Source: Lingula anatina
Lineage: Eukaryota > Animalia > Brachiopoda
Direction of reading: 5' to 3'
Length of the DNA stretch: 64,000 nucleotides
Assembly (NCBI GenBank): GCA_051362555.1
Contig: CM120641.1
Span: forward strand, 8,742,001 to 8,806,000
A program made the position numbers and the translations under genes. Under the pieces are notes generated by a model. It worked only from the letters and a program-made list of their open reading frames with translations. It ran no database searches and was not told where the DNA came from. Every line of letters starts with the position of its first letter. The stretch's first letter is position 1. Below, in pieces: positions 38,044-51,600 of this stretch.

Positions 38044-41000
38044 CTAATGTGAATGAAGGTGTTCATCTACCTTGATGACTTCATCATAGCCAAAACGCAA
38101 CCGCAACTGTTCAAAAAAGATGAACGTGAAAATTGTGTGTGGTCCAAGTCTCACCCAGGCAGGCACAAAACCCTGAAAAAATAGAAAATAAAACATCAAT
38201 ACAAATAACTAAATATACACATACACATGTAATTAAACAACACTTTTTTTAATCAAAAATCAATCCTATGACTAAAGCAAGATTTGTATTGTAACAGTAC
38301 TGAAGATGTGCACATATTTTTTGTCACCTCGTACAACTAGGCTGTGACATACGTATATACTATATATATGATAACTATTCATCGCAGCTTGAGTAGAATA
38401 TGCACAGGGGGTACCACATTTGAAAAAAGTTAACACAGGTTTTGAAATGCCATATAAAGTATGTGATTTGGATGGCTTCATCTGCACATTCTGAAAGTCT
38501 TTTCCAAAAATAGCAAGAAAAAACTTCTAGATGGCATTAGTGTTATGAAACCTAAAGGGACTGAACCTAAGAAGTTGTAAATTAATAGCTCCTGTTTAAT
38601 ATTAACAATTTTTAAAAATTTGTGGCACAATAACTTGATTAGTGTTTCACTCAACATGTACTGATTTTCAACAGTACACATAACACATTTCTGAGAAAAT
38701 TGGATCCTTTTAATTCCTCTGATGACAATTTATTTCTTGAGAAAACTAAAAGATTTTGGTAAAACAGAAGTATTTTCATAAACTTTTATAAAGCTAAAGG
38801 CAGTGAGAGGTATTAAAAGAGATTTTACTCTGCTGCTTATTTTAACTTCAATTCTTAACTTTGTTTTTCTTTTTCATACATCAATTAATTTTTGATTTTC
38901 TCATCTTACACTTAAATGATTTTATACTTCACTAGTAAGAGCAACAGCAAAAACAAATTTCTGGGGTGTACTTTACACATATTAGCTGAATAAATAGCTG
39001 TTCCAGTCAACCACAAATGATCTTATATTTCAGAAATCATGACAATTTAAATAATGCATGTAAACCTTAGTGTTTATGTAAACTATCTCTATGATGAATT
39101 ATCATTTGTGTGCATACAGTTTAATATCTTTTGCAGAGGGCATATAATGGAGGTAAAGATATGGATATTGCTTTAAGTTTCCATTGTTGTGAATCTTCAG
39201 AACATAACACATTCACAACACATACCTTGAAAAATCCTAATGGACCAACAGCTGCAATATCTTTGAAACAAGCTAAAATATTCTGAAAACAACAGAAAAT
39301 TGTTGAACAAACAGAACAATATCAATATCATAATGGTCAAAATCTAATTTATAAATCCCACACATGCATCAATGAACAGACACACCTGCACACTCTCTCT
39401 CCTAATATTTCTGTATTATTCACATTTATTTTAAAAAACAAAGTGATTGAAAAAAGTGAAATTCTAAATTCATATACAGCAACTAAAGCCTCTGTTAACA
39501 AAGGAAAAAAGCTTTAGAATCCAGGGGCCATTTATTACCCAAATTTTGCCTTTAAAATAACTTTGGTTCAAGAAAATGACATATATTTTAATAAAGCCCT
39601 TTTTATCAACTGATCATTGTTGAAGTTGAGAATAAAACAACTGACCAAGACAAAAATTTGATGGTTCCATCTTATTGAAAGAAACCATACAATCGGATAA
39701 GCTCACCTTATATTGCCCTGGGGCAGCATTCATAAATCTTGTTTTCATCACATCCAATGGCTGGGTCAATAATGTTGCTATAGTACCCTATCATGAAATA
39801 ATGATTAACAATAGGATGACATATTTGACAATTATAACAGGGTCATAAGAAAATGCTGTTAACTGTTATTACTTTGGAACACCAGGCAAAGATATTGCAA
39901 AAAGGTTCCATCATCAATTTTTTTTTTTTTTTTTTTTTTATTTTTATTTTTTTTTATTATGGAAAAAAAAAAAATAATAAGTAAATAAATAAACACAAAT
40001 AGAGTATATATATATATGTTCCTTTCATACACGCACACATACCCACGTACGCACAACACTCATACTTGGTCACTGCTAATATGTATATTATCCTTGCATT
40101 ACACAGTTGTGTTTACAAAAATAGACTAATTAGTTGTCTGTCCATTTCACTCAAATATAGTAACTTCATCTCTAAGTGCCTGCTGATTAACAAAACAAAA
40201 TTAAATAAAATATAATAGAAAACTTAAACCCAAAAGATAAAGAAAGGGATGCTACTGCTATTCCCCTTCAACAAAAAGTGGTAACCATTGTGCCCATTGT
40301 TTAACAAAGTTGTCATATGTGCAAGATCCATGACGCAAAGCAATATTTTTTTCAACATGATACATAAATTTTATGTAACCCAAAAGACCTTGAAAGCTTG
40401 GGGTCTTTTTTTGTTTCAGGCACTTGTAAATATATAGTTTTCCAAACATAATAAGTAAATTAAAAATTTTACTTTCCGTTGTGCATTTTATTCCAAACAA
40501 GATTTTATAGTCATCGAGATCCAAATTGACATTAGTTTTTTCGAGTATATGGTCTTGAAACTTATTCCAAAGAGGACGCACACTATTACACTGTATAAAC
40601 ACATGAAGGAGATCTTCACGGTCTCTTTTACAAAAGCCACATATGTCATTATCCTGAATGCCAATCTTTTTCAAATAAGCACCCAAAGGGAGTATCCTAT
40701 GTATTATTCTAAACTGAAGCCATTGTAACGTTGTATCTCGAGAAGTTCCAAAACAAGTCTCAAAAATTTCTTCCGTTTTTAAGCGAGCGTCCCCGTTATT
40801 GAATGGTTTTTGGTTCCATGTACAGACACCAGTGGGAATAATATTTTTCTTATTTAGGACATTATATACATATCTGTTTCCTTTTTCATTTAGCATAAGC
40901 CCCTTGAAATGAAACGGGTAGTAAGGGGTGACTGTAATAGCCACCTTTTCCTTATCAAATTGTCTTAGAAAAACCTTAACTGCACTGTACATGCTATTAA

Positions 41001-43920
41001 ACTGCATAGTTTGGACTCTCAAATTGAATTTTTGTTCAAGCACATTCTTTTTCATTAAAGATATATTAATTTTAAACAACAAAGTCTGTTATATCAAGAA
41101 AAATGTCAATTTATCAAAATATTAAATACTTACAGCAATAAAACTACAGAGAAAATGTGTTCGCATGTTATCTTCAAATTTCCCTGTAGACATAACCATT
41201 TGCTTAATTTGGTCATAGAATGAAAGCTGAAAATATTACAAATATAACTCAATTTGCTTCTTCATATTTTGGGATGTATATTAACATCATTCCATCATCT
41301 ATCAAAAGAAAGAATCGAAATATTATAATGTAGATGTATGCAAAGCAATTTCACCCCAATTTTACTTGTCAATGAGCAGCATGAGAGAACTTGCCTGACC
41401 AACAGTGACAAAGACAGCTCTTGAGCTAGCCATAGTAGCACCAGAAAATAATCGTCTTCCACCTTCTTCACTGTATACTCTCCATAATCCATCTAAGGCA
41501 TGTTTGTAGCTAAATATGAGATCATATAATTTAACCACAATTTAATTTCACCATTCTTTTAAAATCAGGAAAATATAAAGAATTGTAGGCTATCTAATAT
41601 TAGTATGTGTATGCCCAATCTTATAACTTTTTCTTTTATTCCAATCAAATATTGATTTAGTAGTGTTGCTTACCCTCGTCTCTGTTCCGGTGGAAGTTTC
41701 ATGTCATTTTGCATTCTACAGTTAAATAAAAATACAATTTAAGTTGGAAGCAAAAATGCAGTCCATTCAATGTTGTGAACTACTTTCATTATTCGGTCTT
41801 TATTTTGTACATTTTTGTCATTTCTTGCACCTTATACCTACACATTAAATGCATGACTTTCAAAAACTGACATAAGAATCTATCATTAAAGATATAATTG
41901 TTTTCTGTAAATGAAAAAAATTGTACAAAAATTTATCAAAATGTAGTTTTTTAAATTTAAATAAGTCCCTGTTAACTTTAAACCAATCTCACCTGACATT
42001 CACCATATCTCCAGGTGTACCTACAACACCTCCTGTAGAACCTGCCACCGCTGCTACAAGAACTTTTTCATAAAATGGCATTTGCCTTCCATCCTCTGTC
42101 AGCTTCTTTTTAGCAGTTTCATAAATAGCAAATCTTGTCAGGGAATATGTCAGCTGTGAACAAGAAATTTTAAAATAAATCTCAGTGTAACAGAAGATCA
42201 AAATATGAAATGGATCGGCTTTATTGTTCAAAAATTCATCCTGACACAAGTCCCCAAATTATTGCACGAACAATAAAATGTGCAGCATCTGATCCAGCTT
42301 CAGTTCCGTCTTTGGTAAAACAGCAGACTGAGGTATACTAAGATAAAAAAGCATATGGTAATAGCATCAAGTTGGCCTGACTTAATACATTCAAGACTAA
42401 TGTGACACGCTTCTGATCCAGTTCCATTTCTGACTTTGGTAAAACAGCAGACAGAGGTATATTTAGATTTAAAAAAGTGGTAATAACATCAAGTTGCCTA
42501 AGTATATTCAAGACTAATGTGACATGCTTCTGATTATCAACAACTTAATATACATAAAAACGTGACTTAAGCGGTTATGAAAGGTGTTACCTAAAATGGG
42601 TTAACACTGTAATTTTTACATTTTAGTGGTGTCTTAGATATATTCTTAAGATAATATCAATAAAAAATAAGAACCTACCAAAAATATCATTCAGAAACTA
42701 TACCTACCTGTCTAACTAGGGAAGCAGATAGGCCATTGTATAAACCTAAAATTCCATCATTTTTCACAACCTTAACGCCCATTTTTACAAAGCCCATGTC
42801 TGATTTCTGTTGGGTCTGAAGATGGACCTGTCAATTTTTAAAGAAAACAAACATATAAGAAATCCACTATTCACTCTATTAATTTTATATGTATCATATG
42901 GCACTGAAGTTGTAAGGCAGTCCAAAAGCACTGAGCTGCAGTTCAACTCTCATCATTATTAATTTATTTCATCAATCAATTATTGAATCACCACCAAAGT
43001 CTAACTGATTCCAAGTTAACTCATTTCTGACCAATCCTTAAAATTTTATCAAAATCTATCTAATACATTTTGGGTTAGGCTTTAAATTACCAACATTGGC
43101 AAAAACAGCCTTTTTGCTGGAGGTAATCAAAATCCACATATATCATAAACTTTTTCAAATGATACTGTAGTCAACATAACAAACCTTTATAAGCTATGTT
43201 AAAGGGATAATAACTCTTCATATGAGATCTATATTTCAGAATAAAAACATTGTGAATAACTCATAAAAATATAATATATTCTGTTTTACCACAAAAAAGG
43301 CAGTTATAGCTATTATTCAGATATCTGAGCTTGTCTTTAGACCACGTGACCTCCACTGATGGCTATACTCTTAAGAGATTTTAACAAAAAACCAAACTTT
43401 TTAGAAAAAAACCAGGGACTAACTATGAATGTAAAAATGGACTCATTAATTAACCATTGGTAAGTATGGGAAAATTGTTGTTTACTCCAGGAAAATTCAT
43501 CTTTTGGTCGAAACGAAGAGTTATTATCCCTTTAAACTAACAAAAGTCAATTACATATTACAAGAATTAGCATAAAACTGAAAAAAAAATATACTCAACT
43601 ATTATGGACATTAATCTAAATAAAATCTTTTATTACTGTTGAACATTAAAATAATATTCGGTATTTTTAGCAAAAGTCAACTTCTGGCTGGTGCACCTAT
43701 TATTATTTAACCAGAAAAAAATACAATGGCAATTTAAAACAACCATGACATTGCTAATCTATAAAACAGATTATAATGAAAACATCATGCTCAATGTTTT
43801 GGTTTGAGTCACGACCTTGAGGAGATCCAAGGGATGAGTGCAGCATGCTGCCCCTGCGCTGGCAAACCCTCCAAAAAACCAACGCCCGACTCTCTTAGTC
43901 TCTGGTTGTGTGTCAGACAT
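38044..43920 (-). CDS. SLC25A10: Mitochondrial dicarboxylate carrier
   Basis: Exons 43920-43816, 42827-42708, 42153-41993, 41715-41674, 41509-41395, 41226-41134, 39787-39707, 39282-39226, 38172-38044, all in phase. The protein has RWFFGGFASAGAACCTHPLDLLKVHLQTQQ, LYNGLSASLVRQLTYSLTRFAIYE, GTPGDMVNVRMQNDMKLP, TVGQLSFYDQIK, TQPLDVMKTR and GFVPAWVRLGPHT, i.e. three carrier repeats with DIC-specific motifs. Confidence 0.93.
39921..41105 (-). mobile_element. 5'-truncated L1/Tx1-clade LINE (ORF2 C-terminal zf-RVT region, 3'UTR, poly-A) in SLC25A10 intron 6
   Basis: ORF 40258-41082 contains LQWLQFRIIHRILP...CGFCKRDREDLLHVFIQC..V..LW (CCHC zf-RVT) and KLYIYKC. An AATAAA-interrupted poly-A lies at about 39921-39972. 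Candidate TSD TCAATTT at 39914-39920 and 41106-41112. Confidence 0.85.
42288..42534. repeat. Diverged two-copy tandem duplication (about 123 bp)
   Basis: TCTGATCCAG..CTTTGGTAAAACAGCAGAC.GAGGTATA..GGTAATA.CATCAAGTTG..ATTCAAGACTAATGTGACA.GCT occurs twice in tandem. Confidence 0.8.
43203..43531. mobile_element. Kolobok-type MITE, copy 2 (opposite orientation to copies 1 and 3)
   Basis: TTAA|AGGGATAATAACTCTTC...GAAGAGTTATTATCCCT|TTAA: 17-bp TIR, AG/CT ends, TTAA TSD. Confidence 0.85.
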
Positions 43921-44715
43921 ATTTCACTAAGTACTAAGCCCCACGTCCTTCCACTTCTCCTTCTTCCCAGACCTTGATCACAACACCTGAGCTGCGGTTG
44001 GAATGCGAGTGAATGGTAAAGTCCTTCTGAAATGGGTCAAGGGCAATATGTACTAAAGTTGCATTAAGGTTCGATGCAAGTTAAAAACAGCTGGGTAATT
44101 AAGGGTCTGTTACCGTACCAAGGCCACTTCTGTCCCCGTAAAAATCGGCTCGGATTTGATTATCAAGAGACTGATGCTTAACAGGAGTTTATTTAGAGCA
44201 AGCGAACGGTTCAAAGTTAAGGAGTTACGTCATTTAACTGGGACGCGTTCAGATAACAAACTCATGATGGTTTTAAATCCTTCGATCGCCTTCCTTCGCT
44301 TCAGACAGGACGTGTTTTAAAAATCCTATACTTATATATCATGTATAATTTTTGAATATAGGGTTGTTTTAAATACAAAATTAACTACATTTTCACCTTT
44401 TTTTCTGCGCTACCAGTCATAAGCCTTTGTATAAAGTAAAAAAAAAATACGTTAAGGTCAACAATGAGCACGTAACTCTTCCACTTTGACCTTGATGGGA
44501 AATCCTTGCTTAATCGTTTTCATCTTGCCACCCATAGTAAAATAAATAGGGCTTTACGCATGCGCACCGGGAAAGTACAACAGCAAAATACATTTGAAAA
44601 CGAGAAGTGTCATGTATATTTCTTGACATTATATAAGTTTGCATGTCAATTATTAAACATCTGTATGTTGCAGATACATGAAAATATATTTTCCACTACT
44701 TTTCTAATATTGAAG
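43921..44715. promoter_or_regulatory. Bidirectional promoter region of SLC25A10 and CEP112, including a probable non-coding first exon of CEP112
   Basis: Divergent genes with a locally higher CpG content. NRF1-like ACGCATGCGCA at 44556-44566. Strong donor GAAG|GTGAGT at 44715, with acceptor CATTAG| at 45086 just before the CEP112 ATG. Confidence 0.55.
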
Positions 44716-45109
44716 GTGAGTTTAATAGCATACTTAGTTCATAATAATAGGAAAACCCCCAGCACTTTCTGACCGTTTAGTAATGTACGATTGACTTTGT
44801 TTATATCGACTCAGGCTGTGCACTAAGTAAAGTGTAACACTGTATATGTATATGTGCTACATGGCTATATATTTTTATTGGAAAATTTATGATGATGATG
44901 TTAAATAACTGAAAAAACATTCGATATCGCTGATGATCAATGCAATGACCTGAAATAGACTCCAAAGTGTTTGAACTGGAAGTGACAGTGTAATTCATAA
45001 TGTTTATCCAGACAGATTAAACGTTATGTCTTATGACTTATGTATACTATTTTGACAAATGACTAAAGTATAACTCTTTGCATTAGTTGTGATCTTGGTC
45101 ATTTGAAAA

Positions 45110-45603
45110 ATGGAAGATCCTGAGGTCCTTGCAAGTGAATTGGATCGGGAGTTTGATGTGCATCTAGCAGATATGAAACCTTTTGTGCTCAGGCTAGTGC
45201 ATAAGTCAGGTATGTTATATTGAAGGACAATTTAAATTACAAAAATAATATCTGCTTCAGTATACCTATTTTACTATCTCAAAACTAGCTGACAGAGGTC
45301 CTACTATACTGAAATTATTGTTTAAACTAATTAGTAGTTGAAATTATTTTTCTTAATTAAGTTTTAGTTGTTTTTTTTCAAGCAAAAAAGTGACATACTA
45401 TAGTGTGAATAAAAAGTTTCTTTTGGTTGCTTCATACTTCACAAGATGGTGGACACCATTTGGCAAAGAGGGAAAAATTGAATCAGTGATAATACAAATT
45501 TTTATCAATTATTATTCTGTTCATTCTTACAGAGAGGCAGAGATGTGCATTGTGGATCAAAAAGATGTGTGAACCACCAGGATCTGGTATATCAGGAAGG
45601 TGT

Positions 45604-45650
<47 letters not shown>

Positions 45651-48600
45651 GTCTGTCTGTCTGTCTCAATTGCCTAGTTATTTTCATCTATTATGTTTTT
45701 TTAAAGGAAAAACAGAAATATGTATGCCCTCCTAATGCTACACATGCTGAAAAGGGGTGCACTTGAAGGTCCATTTACACAGAGACCCGGGGAAGGTCCC
45801 CTAGATACATTGCCAGCTTACATGGTGAGTTTTTAACAGGTTTAACAGCCATTCATCGAATAAATTTGTAAATATGAAGTATATATCTATTAATTTTCTC
45901 AATATTTGAATACATATTCAATAATTTTCTTAAGGAATATGTAAGATGTGGAATTATATGTAATTGTATAGTGATGGTATTACGTAATTGGCATTGTATT
46001 TTTTAGTCCATATACTTCGATGAAAGTACATCTGTAAAGGGTGAAGAGGCAGATCGAGTAAGTTTTATGTATCATCAGATATTATTTTCATATCTGTTTT
46101 CTTACTTCCTTTTTTCAAGAGATCTTAGACAGTGTCTTTATGCCTGCTATTATTAAATATTCAGACAAGAACATGTTCTAACAGTTGTTCTTTCATAATT
46201 AGCAGTGCAGTAGAATTGGTGTATGTATGAAGTAAGGATATATGAATGAAACTTCAAGTTCTGATATTCTTCATACCACTTCAAACGAGGCAAGAATTTC
46301 TGAAGTTCTTGAATGATTGACTGACTTTGGTAAAATATTTTAAAAAGTTTTTTTAATGCCTCTAATGGTAAAATTAACTATTCAGAGCTCTAAATGATTA
46401 AAGCCTTGTCTACCTACAACAAACATTAGTAAAGGGATTTAATTTTTACAGAAAAACCTCCCAGACTGGGTGAATGGCCTTGGTGACTCTTCCACAGTGC
46501 TCAGGTCTTCCAGTATGGGTGAGCCCAGTGCCTCCTCTACTTTAAGACAAGGAATGTCCTCCAGGGAGAGATTGGCTCAAATTACTCAATCACCAAGCAG
46601 AAGGTACAGACATACTTTTGTGGAGTATTTGTGGTATTGAATTAAAGCCTTATTTCTGAGGTTGTGTATGGTATTTTAATTATTTTAATTATTGGCGTTT
46701 CATGGTCTAATAAACTTGCTTGCATAGTAAAAAAATTATATCTCTTTAACATTTTTATTTTATGTTCACAAAGCTCTCCCCTCTGTTACTCTTTTCTTTC
46801 ACATTTTATTACATACCGTTTTTTTTTTTTTTTTTCATACACAGACGAACACACACAGCTATAGGGATAGATAGGGGACGCCCATCAAGTCCAGGAAGAT
46901 CAAGGACCTATCCGTCACTACCCAGGGTATGATATGTAAATTATATATATTATACGGAAAACTCTAAATGCTGGATTAAAGAAAAATGTTCCAAAAGCAT
47001 ACATGCTTGACAAAAATGCAGTTTTAGGATCAGATAAATACACATTTCTTTAATGTTGAAAAGTTTCACCTAGTACTTATCAGGAAACTTGAGTGCAACT
47101 GACTTGTGACTGTGAGTAATAAGCAAGAGTGTCCTTACTTGCTCATTTGGTGGTGCATTGAGTGAGCGTGCACTTTACATTTCATTGAGACTGACTGAGT
47201 AGCCACTTACTTCACTTTACCTTTTTTTCATAAGAAAGTGCACTTATTAAGTTGCTAAGTTTTATTATGTTTAAAGAGATAAAATGGCAAGCCTCAGGTT
47301 ATCCTTATCTACTTGCAGGAGAAGTCTCCAAGCAGAAATAGGATAACTTTCTCTGATGGAGAAGATGTTGAAGGTAAGAAAAAAATGAGCTGCGTTATTC
47401 ACAAGGGTGATTGTATTCTACTAGTCTCCCATTTTTTGTAAAAAATCTTTGTTTTGTTTACATAATAAAAAAAAATTTGAAAGTTTGAAGGGAATTTTCA
47501 GATTCCAAAGTTGTCAATCTCCTCTCTGTTTTAAACAACAATATTTTTATCAGCAAAATAATATCTTTTGAAGGTAAAGATTTTGTACCTTTTAAAATAT
47601 AGTAAGACTTAAGTTACTATTTGCTTGAAGAGCTGATGTTTTGTCTTAATATTTCTATTTATTTATTTATTTTCTTAGATGGAAGAAAGAGTCCACATAG
47701 CTCCCCGGTGCCCAGTAGATCTTCCATAAGGTCGCCTACTAATAGAAAAGCCAATGAGGTATTCCATTTCATTAAAATAAATACATATTTTGGGCTATAA
47801 ACATGCTTTTCTTTTCAATCATATATAGCTCTGTGTCAAAGTAATGCTCTGAAATGTTTTTCAGAATAATTTAATGTATTAAAACAACTATTGCCACTGT
47901 TGAGTCTACAAAATTTGTGTGTATTATTATAATTTTGTTTTAGGGCAATGACTGGAGTAGGCCTGTCAATTCATTACATGGGTCTTCCAGTTTGAAAGGT
48001 ACAGTGTTATCATTGGTGTATGCAAATTAATTTCCTTAAATATGTATTATGTAGACAGGTGAAACACTATCATTTGTTCAGTCAGCTAATTAAAGATTGT
48101 ATAGATACAAAAATGGTGTTGTGTGCATAATTTGTCAGTCTTTCATAGTTTTGTATCCCTGTGTTGTTTTAAAATTTTCTTATAGAGTCTGAGTGAAATA
48201 CAGTTTTTTTCCAGGAGTGTCTTCCTTTAGGGATGAACAAAGTTTGATAAGAATGCATGAAAGAGAGGTATATCTTTACCTAGATTTTGGTATCATGACA
48301 ATAAGTATTTCAAAGGTAGTATTTATAAATGTTATTTCAAACCAGTTTCCTTCTAAACATTGAAACTCTGTTTTAATCATTTTATCTGTTACTTGTTTAA
48401 ATTGTTTTAAAATGTTTTTCTATATTGATATGCAAAAGTTAGCGCAAAATCCCAATGTTATTAAAACAAAATTTTTATACAGCTTGATATGAAAACAAAG
48501 ATGTTAGAGGCAAAGTTTCATGAAGAGAAATTAAGGATGCAACAGAAGCATGATTCAGCAGTACAAAAGGTGAGATAGGCATCAGTTACCCACTATGCTG

Positions 48601-51600
48601 ATATGGCATATTCACAAGGAAACCATATACTGTTTATAATTCTATTTTTCCAGTGAATTAAAAAAACGAGGCAATGATGTCAAAATTGTTTTATGTATGT
48701 GTATACTCAAAAATTATATTAGAATTTCATTTAATTTTCTTCGTTGCATAGTGTTAAACTACTCAACTAAGATTGTGCAGTGTCAGTAAGAGTTTTATAC
48801 ATTTTCAGTTTAAAGAACATGTTTTAGACATTGGTATATTTGGAACTGTCATTAGTTTAACTCGTGATCATAGTTATGGTTGTGATTTTGTTGACTTGTT
48901 ATTGTATTTCCCTTAAAGATTCTTGACAGGAAGAATGCTGAGATAGAAGATGTGAAGACACATTACAGAGCAAAGAATAGAGAACAGGAAGAACAGATAA
49001 ATAAGATGGAAAAGAAAAGTATGTTTACATGATGCCTCATATCTAATTGACTTCTTTGGTGTGTGTGTGTGTGAAAAAAAGGTACCATTCTAGAGTTTAA
49101 AGGGATAATAACTCTTCGTTTTGGCCAAAAAATGAATTTTCCTGGAGTAAACAACAATTTTCCCATACTAACCAATGGTTAATGAATCCATTTTTACATT
49201 CAGAGTTAGTCCCTGATTTCTTTCTAAAAAGTTTGTTTTTTTGTTAAAATCTCTTAAGAGATTTTAACAGAGTATAGCCATCAATAGAGTTCACATGGTC
49301 TGAAGACAAGCTCAGATATCAGAAAAAATGGCTATAACTGCCGTTTTTGCGGTAAAACAGAATATATTATAGATCTATGAGTTATTCACAATGATTTTAT
49401 TGTGAAATATAGATCTCATACAAAGAGTTATTATCCCTTTAAGCACTTGGTGGTTTATTTTAAACACATATTGTTAGACATGTAGAGACACAAATTGAAT
49501 AGGAATGCTATAATTTTGCAGTCCAGTCATTGGTGAAGGAATCTGCTGTGGTGAGAGAAAATAAAGACAAGCAAATAGCAGAGTTAAAGAAGCTGTCAGA
49601 AGAAACCACTCAAAGTAGACAGAATGAATATGAAAAAAAGGTTTGTGGCTGATCTTTTTCTCCCATACATTTGAGCTACTCATTTCAAATTGTAGTCTGT
49701 ATAAAGTTGGAGTGCATGGGGAACACTTTGCGGATCTAATAAACGTATTGTTGTCAAAAATCACATTTATTCATAAGCCTTCCTTACTTTTCTGTTTTTA
49801 TCTTCCTCTTTTTCTCTTGAAAAATGTTTGTTATCATGAGGTGTTATGCTTTATTTTACTAGTTGTGTTGTGCTTTTATCAAATTTTGTTGCAGCTGCGA
49901 GGGGCATTTTATTAATTTTTTAGTCATAATTATCATTATTGTTTGCTTATCTAAGTATGTTCTGCTTTTGCAAGAGTTTTGTTCTTGTTTCAAAGGTGCA
50001 TGAGGTAGAAGAAATAAAAAAGCAGGTAAAAGGTGGACACTAGCAGCTTTTTTCCAACATGCACTTAAAATTTCTTGTCTCCATGTTGATCACATTATAT
50101 AGAATTTCAGCTATTAAAAACACTTTACTGCTGTGTCAAAGTATATGAATAGACTAGATATGCTGTCACTAATGTTTATTAGATTCACATTCACACTTTT
50201 ATTTTGTCAATTTTTAGTTATTTCTAGTGTAGCTATTTAAGTTCTGTGCTGTATTTATTTAAAGTTGGGTTGTGAAAGGAGCTTTATTTAAAGTGGGGTT
50301 GTTGAAGAAGCTTTTTTATTTTCCTAAAAAAGTTTGAGTTTTGAAGGCAGAGATGATTTTCAGAAAAGATGTTTAAAAGGTGTAAGTTATATTTAATCCT
50401 CTTTGCGAATACATGATTACGAGATCTTCCTCATATCTATAGATGCATGACCTGGTGGCAGATTTTGAACAGGAGAAGTTTGACATGCAAAAACAACACA
50501 CTAAAAATATCCAGGAGCTATTAGAAGATACAAATGGACGTCTGCAAAAGATGGAACATGAGTACAGTGAACAGGCAGTGCAGACAGTAAGGATAAACAT
50601 TCTTCCATGTTGTAAATATTGTATGTATTAAAATTTAGAAACTTAAAAGCAGGTACTATTTTTAAAAAATGGTGGTATCTTTAACTAATATATAAGATAA
50701 GGAGCCTTAATAGTAGTTGGACTTGTTGGGATTGGAGTATATAATAATCCAATTTAATTACTTGTAGATTGCTTATATCCTTAAGCCATAAGCCCATCCC
50801 CATAACAAAATAATACTTGACACAAGATTTTGGTTTTGTCAATAAATCTAAAAATGTGTATAACGTCAAATAATAGTAGTCCTAAATTGACATTAGATTT
50901 TTCAAATGAGAAAGAATAATCACTATAAATAACGTGATGAATTTAGCAATCCGTTATACGTGAACTGGAAGACAGAGTTCAGCAGTTAACCATAGAAGCT
51001 CAGAACACTACAGCTGACAGAAATGCACTGGAAAGACTGAAGGTGGAGCTGGAGCACAGAATGGAAGAGACTCGCACAGAGCTGCAAGATTACAAGTCAA
51101 AGTAAGATTTTGTCTGATGTTTGGCAAATGTAATGAGTCAAGTGATGAATTCTTACACAATGTGATTGGTTCTAACTTGTCTTTTAATTTAGTTGTGAAG
51201 AACTGTATATGTAATTGTACCACCAGCGTTAGCGCTGGCGGTACACATGGTTTCGATCCCGTCCGGATCGTTCCGCCGGCTCCGTTGGCTCCGCCGGCTC
51301 CGCCGGACGGCTACCGTTACCGCTTCTCCTCCTAGACGGTAAGGGCCCCCGTACCCATCTCATGGATTTAGGTCACCTATAATCTCAACTCGTTCCACGT
51401 AAAATTTGGGCTTTGTCGGTATTGGGGTCTGGGTGTGGCACTCATTGCAATGCACCCTTGTCTAAAAATAGCAAAATTAAATGCTAATTATCTACCCTAC
51501 GGAAGGAGTTATGGGAAAAATTTCTATAGACGGCTTTCCAAAAGTCATATGTGTAGATTTCAAATATACCCTTGGATTTGACCTTTGTCCTTTACTTCAA

